Shown here: positions 17,062 to 24,924 of the stretch, piece by piece
How the letters are laid out: each line of letters opens with the position of its first letter
Numbering within the stretch: the first letter of the stretch is position 1
Assembly: GCA_030536145.1 (NCBI GenBank)
Contig: JAUNQN010000004.1
Coordinates: 34,239-98,238, forward strand
Direction of reading: 5' to 3'
Length of the DNA stretch: 64,000 bases
From: Akkermansia sp.
GTDB lineage: Bacteria; Verrucomicrobiota; Verrucomicrobiia; Verrucomicrobiales; Akkermansiaceae
Made by a program: the position numbers and the translations under genes
The notes under the pieces: generated by a model
Seen by the model: only the letters and a program-made list of their open reading frames with translations
What the model was told of the DNA's origin: nothing
Database searches by the model: none

Positions 17062-18618
17062 TTACTCCATCCCCATCAGTTTCCTTGCCTCTGCATGCCC
17101 TGCCTCTGCGGCCTGGCGGAACAGTTCTATTGCCGCGTCCTGGTCCTTCAGGATGCCGTCGCCCTTGTAGAGCATCACCGCATACTGGAACAGCGCGTTG
17201 ATGTGGCCCTTTTCCCCCGCTATGCGGAACCATTCCGCCGCGCGGGCGGGGTCGCGCTTCAGGCCGCTGCCGGAGGCATACAGCACGCCCATGTTGTACA
17301 TGGCCGTCAGGTCTCCCTGCGCCGCTGCTTTGCCGAACCATGCCGCCGCCTTCGCCACGTCCTTCTTCACGCCTATGCCGCCCGCATACATGGCACCCAG
17401 GCGCTTCTGCGCCTCCGGGTCATCCTGCGCGGCGGCCAGGGCATAGCACTGCGCCGCCTTGGCCATGTCCTTCGGCACGCCGTCCCCTGCGGCAAAGAGC
17501 GCGCCCAGGTTGAATTGCGCGGGCGCATAGTGCTGGATTGCAGACCGGTGGTACAGCTTGGCCGCCTTGTTGCCGTTCCGTGGCACGCCGCGCCCCTCCG
17601 CATACAGCACGCCCAGGTTGAACAGGGCGCGCGCGTGGTTCTTCTCCGTGGCCTTGGCATACCAGTCTGCGGCGGCCTTGTCGTCCTTGTCCAGCAGCTC
17701 GCCCTCCTCCAGCAGCTCGCCCATCAGGCACTCCGCTTCCGCATCCCCCAGCGCGGATGCGCGGGTGAGCCAGTGCCCCGCCTGCTCCGCAGATTTCTCC
17801 ACGCCCAGCCCGGTGACGTATGCCAGCCCCAGCTCTAGGCACGCGGCGGAGCAGTCCTGCTCCGCAGAGCGCTGCAGCCATTCGGCGGACTTGGCATCAT
17901 CCTGCGGCAGGCGCATGCCGCGGCGGTACTGCATGGCCAGGTTGAACTGGGCAATGGGGTCTCCCAGCTCTGCGGCGTTGCGCAGCTCGGTCATGCGGCG
18001 CAGCTCCTCTGCGTCCTTGGCGTTCAGGTGCTCCTGCTCGCGGGTCAGCAGCGGGCCGTCCTTGCCGCGTTCCTCCGTGTCCTTGTCCGGCAGGTCGGCG
18101 GGGGTGTCCGGCTCGTCCGCCACATCGGGCACGTCCGGCAGGTCGGGTACGTCCGGCACGCCCTCCAGGTCCGGTACATCCGGCAGGTCCGTTATGTCCA
18201 CCGCCCCCTGCTGCCTGGCGCGGGATATGGCGGAAAAATCCCGCGGCCCCCGCGGCTTCTGCACGCCCTCCTCCGCACGGCGGGCGGCGGCGCGGCGCGC
18301 CTGTTCCGCCCAGGGCAGCCGCGCCTCTATCCGCGCGGCGGTATCGTCGCCCTGCGATCCGTAGTACCATATACCCGCAGAGCCGCCGACTGCCACCACG
18401 CCCGCCAGCGCCAGCAGCATGATTTTCCTGCGCCACGCGCTGCGGTAGCGCTCGTTCGCCTGCTCTCGTCCCTCGCGGTCCTCGTCCGTCAGGTACAGGT
18501 GCGGTTCCCCCACCCGGGTGGTTACGGATTCAGGGCGTATGGGTGTCCAGTCGGCGTCCAGGTGGTCGTTCGGGACCATGCGGTCGGGTTTAAGGTCGGC
18601 TGATTCGGGTTCGGACAT
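17062..18618 (-). CDS. membrane-anchored Sel1-repeat protein
   Basis: 518 aa. TM helix IMLLALAGVVAVGGSAGIWYY, an acidic DLPDVPD repeat, then about 8 Sel1 units (A..W..KAA.QG...A...LG..Y..G.GV). Confidence 0.85.
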   Translation of the reverse strand: MSEPESADLKPDRMVPNDHLDADWTPIRPESVTTRVGEPHLYLTDEDREGREQANERYRSAWRRKIMLLALAGVVAVGGSAGIWYYGSQGDDTAARIEARLPWAEQARRAAARRAEEGVQKPRGPRDFSAISRARQQGAVDITDLPDVPDLEGVPDVPDLPDVPDVADEPDTPADLPDKDTEERGKDGPLLTREQEHLNAKDAEELRRMTELRNAAELGDPIAQFNLAMQYRRGMRLPQDDAKSAEWLQRSAEQDCSAACLELGLAYVTGLGVEKSAEQAGHWLTRASALGDAEAECLMGELLEEGELLDKDDKAAADWYAKATEKNHARALFNLGVLYAEGRGVPRNGNKAAKLYHRSAIQHYAPAQFNLGALFAAGDGVPKDMAKAAQCYALAAAQDDPEAQKRLGAMYAGGIGVKKDVAKAAAWFGKAAAQGDLTAMYNMGVLYASGSGLKRDPARAAEWFRIAGEKGHINALFQYAVMLYKGDGILKDQDAAIELFRQAAEAGHAEARKLMGME

Positions 18619-18691
18619 GGGAAAGTAAGGTGTACGAAGTAAGAGATGCCCCGTCTACGCTCCGTTGGAGTTTCGGCGTTACAAGCCTAAT

Positions 18692-19423
18692 CTAACATAG
18701 GCCGGCGGCAGAGTCAAGCGTGAGCTTGGCGGGTTCGTAGCCTTGCGCGGCGGATAGGGTGAGCCAGCGGGTGGCCTCGGTGTCGTCCTGCGGTACGCCC
18801 TTGCCTTGGCCGTAGCAGGAGGCCAGGCCGTACTGGGCTTCCGGCATACCCTGTTCCGCCGCACGGCGGTACCACAGGGAGGCTTGCGGAAGGTCCTGCT
18901 GGGTGCCGGTGCCGTGCTCGCAGCACACGGCCAGGTCATACTGAGCCAGCGCCATGCCCTGTTCCGCCGCCAGCCGCAGCCAGCGAACCGCCTCCGGCAG
19001 GTCCTGCGGGGTTCCCGCGCCATCCAGCATGCAGAGCGCCAGGTTGTACTCGGCGGGGGCAAGCCCCTGTTCCGCCGCCACGGCGTACCAGCGGGCGGCT
19101 TGCGCCATATCCAGCGGCACACCCCGCCCCAGCTGGTAGCATGCGCCCAGGTTGCAGGCCGCCTTGCCGTGCCCCTGCTTGGCTGCCAGCCGATACCAAT
19201 GGGCGGCTTTCTTCATGTCCTTGCGCAAGCCCAGACCGTACTGGTGCCCCACGCCGTAGCGGAACTGCGCATCCGCATGGCCCATGGCCGCTGCCACCGC
19301 AAAGCAGTGCGCCGCCAGCCGCAGGTCCTTCGGCACGCCGTAGCCGTCTGCATAGCACAGCCCCAGCAGGCAGAGCGCGGAGGCATTGCCGCTGCGCGCG
19401 GCCTCTTTGATGCTTTGCATCAT
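18692..19423 (-). CDS. Sel1-repeat protein
   Basis: 243 aa made almost entirely of about 6 Sel1 repeats (e.g. AAHWYRLAAKQGHGKAACNLGACYQLGRGV). Confidence 0.85.
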   Translation of the reverse strand: MMQSIKEAARSGNASALCLLGLCYADGYGVPKDLRLAAHCFAVAAAMGHADAQFRYGVGHQYGLGLRKDMKKAAHWYRLAAKQGHGKAACNLGACYQLGRGVPLDMAQAARWYAVAAEQGLAPAEYNLALCMLDGAGTPQDLPEAVRWLRLAAEQGMALAQYDLAVCCEHGTGTQQDLPQASLWYRRAAEQGMPEAQYGLASCYGQGKGVPQDDTEATRWLTLSAAQGYEPAKLTLDSAAGLC

Positions 19424-19549
19424 GGGGAAGTAAGATGTGAGAAGATAGCGCCCTTCGGGCGCAGGTGAATTTTGGATATTCCCGGGCAGCCGAAGCCCCG
19501 TCCGCCTTTCGGCGGGCGGGGCCTGGGGGGTACCCGTACAGGGCTTGGG

Positions 19550-22500
19550 TTAGTGCTTCCTGCGGCGGCGGGCGCACAGGCCGGCCAGCGCCAGCAGGGA
19601 CAGCGTGCCGGTGGTCGGCTCGGGAACACGGGTGGTGGAAAGCACCGCCTTGTCTCCCACTGTCTGGAAATAGACCGTGGGCTTCGGATCCCCGCTGCCT
19701 TCGCTTGCAGTCACAAGCTCGCAGAAGACATAGTCGGTGACATCCATGCAGAAGCTGTTGTCCACCCCGTTGAACAGGGTGACCATACCGCCATCCTGCA
19801 GCTTGGCAAAGTCTGCACTATTGATCACGATGTTGGTGCCCTTGCCCATGTTCACATCGCAGCCCATGGTGAGTGCAACACCGGCGGTGAAGTTCAAGGT
19901 GGAACCGCCTTCAGTGGTCAGGTTGGCCTCCAGCGTACCGCCTTTCTGGCCAATGACAATCATGCTGCCGTTGGCCAGGGTCAGGCCGACCACGTTGCTC
20001 TCGACCGCATCCGTACCGCTGTACACGCCAAAGGTGCCGCCATCTATGGTCAATTCGGTCATGGTAACATCTGCACCGTGTTCCATGCCAACCAGGTTGA
20101 CGGTGGCACCGCCGGAAACGGAAACCTTGCGCTTGGAATCTATCGTACCCGTCAAGGCCACCTTCTCCAGTTCCAGCGTACCGGCGGATGCATTAATCTC
20201 ACCCGTGAAGCCGGAAGCATCCTTTACAGTCAGCTTGCCTGCGCCCGTCTTGGACAGGTCGCCGGAACCGCTCAGGGACTTGATGGAATCGTTGCCAGCC
20301 TGCTTGCTTACCAGCTTGGATTCTGCGCCCAGCTCCACGGAGCTGAAGGAGGCGATAGAGGCTTTGTTTTCCAGATTCAGGGTTTGTCCACCATCCACCA
20401 CCAGCTTGCCCTCCATCTTGGCCTCGGTGGAGAAGGTGGTGGAAGCATCGCTCAACTTCATGGTGGCATCACCCGCCAGCTGGGAGAGCTTGTCTGCGTT
20501 ATCCAGCAGCACGGTGCCGGCACCGGTCACGTGAACCTCGTTCGCCTCGCCCTTGATTTCGGTCTTGGATGCATCCAGAACCACGTTTTCTGCGACCGAT
20601 ACCTTGGCGTGGTCGGACGCGGAGGTAATCGTGACACTATTGTCCCAAGAGCTGTCCAGCGTCAACTGGTGCTTGTCACCGGTACCATCGTTACCGATGG
20701 CAATCTTCTTCAACACCTGGTCGTCTGCCTCCTTGATTTTCGCGTAGGTCACCTCGCCCTCGCGGACGAAATAGGTTCCCTGTACAAGCTCTGCAAAACC
20801 GCTGATGCTGAGTGTGTCTCCATCTGTCGACAGCCCCAACTTGTCAGATTTAACCCCGTCGAGAGTCAGGTTTACGTCTTCCTTGACGACGCTGTAGTTA
20901 TTACCCGTTGTCAGGCTAATCTCTGAGTCTGCAAAGAAGCCGTTCTTCGCCGTTTTATCACCATTATGCACAAAATGGCCATTGCGAATCAGGCTTTCCT
21001 CGTCGATGTTGATGGTGGAGCCGCTGGCAATGGTAAGCGCGCCGTTCCCATTATTCACGGCACCCTCAAACGTGATGTTGCCGGACAGGTTGGCCCCATC
21101 TTCCCCCACGGCGGTGTTCTTCAGGATCAGGTGGCCCTTGGTGGCATCAATCTCGCCGGACATGGTGACCACTGCGTCATTGTTGACCTCAGAGCCGAAG
21201 GATACATTATGATTGCCGGAGATGGCGACATTGCTCACGGAAGCAGACTTGTTCAGCGTCCAGTTGCCGTCGTCAGCCCTCAGGGTGGTGTCGGACAGGG
21301 AGATTTCGCCGGTAGTCCCGGAGAAGAGGTCGCCTTCCTTGACGGACAAGACGGCACCATTGGCCATCTTCAGGGAAGAAGCAGCGGATGCTCCGCTCAG
21401 GTGCAGCTCACCGCCCTTCACATCAAGCGTGCCGGTAAAGCCCGTAGCTTCCCCGATGGTGAGCTTGCCCGCACCGGTCTTTGCCAGCGTGCCTTCACCG
21501 CCCAGGGTCTTGCTGCTCAAATCCCAGTTTTGCCCGGTGCCGTTCTGCAAGGACAGGGTGGAGCCGGAATCAATGGTGACGGAGGAAACATCGCCGAGGG
21601 TTGCGTTCGTGTCCTGGGTAAGCGTCAGGTCGGAACCTCCCGTCACTTGCATGGAGGAGAACTGGGAGAGCTGGGCAACGATGGTGGCATCGACATGGTT
21701 CATTACCAGTGCGCTTGTCTGCTGGCCACCCATCACCTTGAGCTGATTGTTTGTAGCCAGGCTGCTGGCGCCTGTCAGGTTGGCAAGTGTGACCGTGCTG
21801 CTTGTTACACCGCTGAGATCAGCAGAACCATTCGGGTGATATCCTGCCGAAATGGTGTAAGCACCTTTTGTGGTGTCAAACTGGACCTTGTCGCTGTTGA
21901 TGGTCAGATTAATATCGCCGTTTACCTTGCCGTTGGCACCGGCTGCATATAAGCCATAGCCTGCCGCATCAGGACTTGCAAACCTGCCGCCATCGATAAA
22001 AACTTCTACGCCGCCTTCGACAACATTGCTTGTGGAGCCGTAGCTGCCACCATAGACATTGTGGTTGAATGTACCGCCCTTGATGAGCAGGTGGGTACCG
22101 TCCTTGATAGTTGCGGTGCCGGAGGAAGCAGCATTGCCTGCAACGACATGCCTATTAAAGGTGCCACCGTCGATTTGGAGGTACGTGCCCCCGCCGATGG
22201 TGCCGCCAGTGGCGCTGGTGCTGCTACCTGCTGCAACAAGCGCGTTGAATGTTCCGCCTTTGATGACGATGGTATTGTTTTTGCCTATCTTTCCAGCACT
22301 AGATGTGATACCACTCACGGAAGAATAAGTTGCGTCGCCTGACAACTCCATGTACGCGTTGCCAGTTGTCTGCGAACCTCCTACGACTTGCACCGTGCCG
22401 ACCGTGCCATTTCCGCTTCTGCGGAAGAATATATCTCCGGTCCTAACGTGGTCGCCATTATCTGCATACACGGTGATGGCCGGAAGTGAGACGTTATTCA

Positions 22501-22828
22501 TCTCAATATATGTTTTTGTAGTATCATAGGCCACATTAGACCCGCCGCTTTTATTATAATGTATTGCATAGGTAACCGATTTTGCCGGGTCCACGCCTGT
22601 AATTCCTGAGTAATAGTATTTGTCTCCGAAGTAGTATGTTCCATTGGCTTCTTTCCACCCGTTGTACTGTTTAACGTTCACTCTGCCCATATTTGTTGCC
22701 GAGGGCCAGGCAACCGTCCAATCCGTGTTTTCATTTATAGCGCTTGCGCCATAGGCCGCAGTGATAGAAACGGAAGCGAGTGCTGCCATGAGGGCAGCAC
22801 GCAATCCCTTTGGAAGATGCGTTTTCAT
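19550..22828 (-). CDS. giant PATR (autotransporter-associated beta-strand repeat) surface protein with PEP-CTERM anchor
   Basis: 1092 aa from MKTHLPKGLRAALMAALASVSITAAYG. It has repeated G.G.L.KTGAGKLT..G...FTG....GG.L units. The C-terminus is VPEPTTGTLSLLALAGLCARRRRKH (PEP motif + TM + Arg cluster). Confidence 0.85.
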   Translation of the reverse strand: MKTHLPKGLRAALMAALASVSITAAYGASAINENTDWTVAWPSATNMGRVNVKQYNGWKEANGTYYFGDKYYYSGITGVDPAKSVTYAIHYNKSGGSNVAYDTTKTYIEMNNVSLPAITVYADNGDHVRTGDIFFRRSGNGTVGTVQVVGGSQTTGNAYMELSGDATYSSVSGITSSAGKIGKNNTIVIKGGTFNALVAAGSSTSATGGTIGGGTYLQIDGGTFNRHVVAGNAASSGTATIKDGTHLLIKGGTFNHNVYGGSYGSTSNVVEGGVEVFIDGGRFASPDAAGYGLYAAGANGKVNGDINLTINSDKVQFDTTKGAYTISAGYHPNGSADLSGVTSSTVTLANLTGASSLATNNQLKVMGGQQTSALVMNHVDATIVAQLSQFSSMQVTGGSDLTLTQDTNATLGDVSSVTIDSGSTLSLQNGTGQNWDLSSKTLGGEGTLAKTGAGKLTIGEATGFTGTLDVKGGELHLSGASAASSLKMANGAVLSVKEGDLFSGTTGEISLSDTTLRADDGNWTLNKSASVSNVAISGNHNVSFGSEVNNDAVVTMSGEIDATKGHLILKNTAVGEDGANLSGNITFEGAVNNGNGALTIASGSTINIDEESLIRNGHFVHNGDKTAKNGFFADSEISLTTGNNYSVVKEDVNLTLDGVKSDKLGLSTDGDTLSISGFAELVQGTYFVREGEVTYAKIKEADDQVLKKIAIGNDGTGDKHQLTLDSSWDNSVTITSASDHAKVSVAENVVLDASKTEIKGEANEVHVTGAGTVLLDNADKLSQLAGDATMKLSDASTTFSTEAKMEGKLVVDGGQTLNLENKASIASFSSVELGAESKLVSKQAGNDSIKSLSGSGDLSKTGAGKLTVKDASGFTGEINASAGTLELEKVALTGTIDSKRKVSVSGGATVNLVGMEHGADVTMTELTIDGGTFGVYSGTDAVESNVVGLTLANGSMIVIGQKGGTLEANLTTEGGSTLNFTAGVALTMGCDVNMGKGTNIVINSADFAKLQDGGMVTLFNGVDNSFCMDVTDYVFCELVTASEGSGDPKPTVYFQTVGDKAVLSTTRVPEPTTGTLSLLALAGLCARRRRKH

Positions 22829-22936
22829 GATGCTTGTATCTTGTGTAAGTGTTGTTTCTGAATTGAAGGCGAGGAGAAGGGGCAAAAGGCTCCGGACGCG
22901 GCAAAACGAATAGTCGTGCTCCTCTAACGGGTAGAG

Positions 22937-22957
22937 TACAGCATTCCCAATGCTGTA
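22937..22957. promoter_or_regulatory. perfect palindrome TACAGCATT-ccc-AATGCTGTA upstream of the PATR adhesin gene
   Basis: 9-bp arms read directly from the sequence, 109 nt upstream of the ATG at 22828. Its right arm plus spacer forms a 13-bp inverted repeat with 23092-23104. Confidence 0.5.
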
Positions 22958-23091
22958 GATCAAAACCGCGCCGTAGGTCGTTTGTTATCAAGAAGTAGCG
23001 TTTTTGTCCGGTGCGTCTTTCTGCGCTGGTCGGCAGGGGCTCACCTCCTCTAACTCAAGAAAAATCAATCTTTCTAACATTTAGACTTGAC

Positions 23092-23112
23092 TACAGCATT
23101 GGGAAAGCTGTA
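23092..23112. promoter_or_regulatory. second copy of the TACAGCATT motif (TACAGC-N9-GCTGTA)
   Basis: TACAGCATTGGGA is the exact reverse complement of 22945-22957. The -35-like TTGACT at 23087-23092 overlaps its first base. Confidence 0.45.
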
Positions 23113-23182
23113 TGACACAATGGAGTGCCGGGAGGGTGGCATGTTTTTAATGATAACGCAGGTTTCACTGGAAGTTGCCTTG

Positions 23183-23212
23183 TAAAATCCGGGAAAGGAG
23201 GCACCTTTCCCG
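23183..23212 (-). terminator. putative terminator after the IdeS-like gene pair
   Basis: 10-bp stem CCGGGAAAGG/CCTTTCCCGG (23188-23212), followed on the minus strand by ATTTT. Confidence 0.45.
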
Positions 23213-23351
23213 GCTCATTCAGCAGGAAATTATCGACTTGGCCCGGCAGGAAGGGCAGAGGCAGGGGGCACTTTCCCGGGAGAAGCGGAAAGCGTGCGCG
23301 TAATGCCCGGCTTATTTATTGTAAAAATTCCAAAACGTGATGGTTCGTCAC

Positions 23352-24902
23352 TCAGTCCACTTTCACGCCGGTGATTTGGGGATTGCCGGAGATGGTGGCG
23401 TTCCTGATACAGGCGGCGGGGGAGGTGCCGCGGATTTCCGTGGCGGAGATGGTGACATCCTTCAGCACGGCGGGAGCCTTGGCGGATGAGGTGATGGAGC
23501 AGGACTTTCCGTCTGCTGCGGTGAAGGTGATGGTGGTGGGGCTGGCACCTGCGGAATCCTGCCCCAGGATGACGGTGCCGCCGGTGGAATCCAGTGTAGT
23601 ATCCCGGAAGGCGGCGGGGAACTTGCCGCAGATGAGCAGGGTGCCGGAATTGCGCAGGGAGCCTTTCAGCACGGTGGACTTGCAGCCGTGCAGGGCCATG
23701 CGGCCCGCATTGGCTACCCCGGTGAGCGCCACGCTGCCGCCCTGCATGATTTCCAAGTAGCCGTGGTTCTGCAGGCCTTTCAGTTTCACGTCCCCATGGT
23801 GCAGGCACAGGCGGCCGTGGTTCTGCACGCTGCACTTGCCGCCGCCGGAGAGGGCGGAGATGCTGGCCAGGCTGCCTGCCGCCACGGAGAGTGCGGGGGA
23901 ATCCCCCTTGGGGGATTTCAGTTTCAGCGTATCTGCAGAGAAGATGACGAGGTCCCTGCCGTTGCCCACCTGTATGGGGGCTGCGGCGGAGATGCTGCCG
24001 GTGAGGGCTGTGTTCACCCGGTCCGCCTTGGCGGGGTCCGCATTCGGCGCGGCGGCGGGCTTGGCCATGTCCTTGGGCGTGGAGATGGCGGCCAGGGAGT
24101 GCAGGTTCGGCTCGTACTCGCCGGGGGAGTAGCCGTCGATGTCGTCGTCCGTATACAGGGTGATGGAGGCGAAACGGCGGCCGGTGAAGGGGTCTGCCGT
24201 GGTGCGGGTGGCCACGTGCACCTTGAACACGCCGTACGCGCAGTCGTCTGAATCTGCCAGGAACAGCGCGGTGAGCCTGCCGGCGGCATCTGTTTCATAC
24301 CCCCAGCAGGTGATGGCGTGGAAGCGGGTCTTGGAGGGGAAGGTGCCCGGTTTTTCCGTGCGGCAGATTTGCCAGATGTTCAGCCCGGCGGCCTGGCCCT
24401 GCACGGCAAAGGCCTGCTCCAGGTCCTTGCGGAATTTCTCCAGGGTGGGGTTCTCGAAAAGGTAATCTGCGGTGAAGGCGGGGGAGGAGAAGCCGGGGTA
24501 GTAGGCTTTCCTGGCGTCTTTCAGCTCTTCCGTGTGCTTGTCCATGAACCACCAGTCGAACGCGAGGGCCTGGCCGCCGCCCTCGTCCTGCGCGGATTCC
24601 TGCAGGAATTTCTCATACACCTGCAGGTAGCGGGTTCCCGCGGGCTTGCCGTAGGTGGTGCCGTTCAGCCCGTTGGGCGTGCCGGGGGCGGCGTGGCCCT
24701 TGTAGTGGGAGTCCTGCCAGTACTGGATGAGGTTTGATGCGGATGCCGCCCAGCACAGCACGGTGTCTGCCGTGCCCCGGGCGGCGGGGTCCTGGCTGAA
24801 GGAGCCCTTGCCCACGTCATAGCACACGCCGGGGCCGGTGATGGTGGCGGCACCGGCGGCAAGCGCGGTGCAGAGGAGCAGGGGAATCGAGTGGCGGAAC
24901 AT
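23352..24902 (-). CDS. secreted IdeS/Mac-like (peptidase C66-like) cysteine protease with beta-helix C-terminal region, no PEP-CTERM
   Basis: 516 aa with a signal peptide. TVLCWAASASNLIQYWQ parallels IdeS LLCGAATAGNMLHWW. FHAITCWGYETDAAGRLTALFLADSDD parallels IdeS NHVINLWGADFDSNGNLKAIYVTDSDS, with Asp at His+22 and His+24 exactly as in IdeS. Confidence 0.75.
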   Translation of the reverse strand: MFRHSIPLLLCTALAAGAATITGPGVCYDVGKGSFSQDPAARGTADTVLCWAASASNLIQYWQDSHYKGHAAPGTPNGLNGTTYGKPAGTRYLQVYEKFLQESAQDEGGGQALAFDWWFMDKHTEELKDARKAYYPGFSSPAFTADYLFENPTLEKFRKDLEQAFAVQGQAAGLNIWQICRTEKPGTFPSKTRFHAITCWGYETDAAGRLTALFLADSDDCAYGVFKVHVATRTTADPFTGRRFASITLYTDDDIDGYSPGEYEPNLHSLAAISTPKDMAKPAAAPNADPAKADRVNTALTGSISAAAPIQVGNGRDLVIFSADTLKLKSPKGDSPALSVAAGSLASISALSGGGKCSVQNHGRLCLHHGDVKLKGLQNHGYLEIMQGGSVALTGVANAGRMALHGCKSTVLKGSLRNSGTLLICGKFPAAFRDTTLDSTGGTVILGQDSAGASPTTITFTAADGKSCSITSSAKAPAVLKDVTISATEIRGTSPAACIRNATISGNPQITGVKVD

Positions 24903-24924
24903 GGTGGCGGATGGCGGTAAGTGG

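Noticed and set aside
17038-17063. Short tandem TCC-A(3-4) repeat (TCCAAATCCAAAATCCTAAATCCTTA) at the 3' end of the Sel1 gene
   Set aside because: There are only four imperfect copies, straddling the stop codon. It is too short to support a function and is probably chance or a minor slippage relic.
23125-23340. 71-aa ORF in the spacer downstream of the IdeS-like pair
   Set aside because: It has an alternative start codon, a Gly/Arg/Lys-rich product, no SD, and it overlaps a terminator-like hairpin. It is most likely non-coding.
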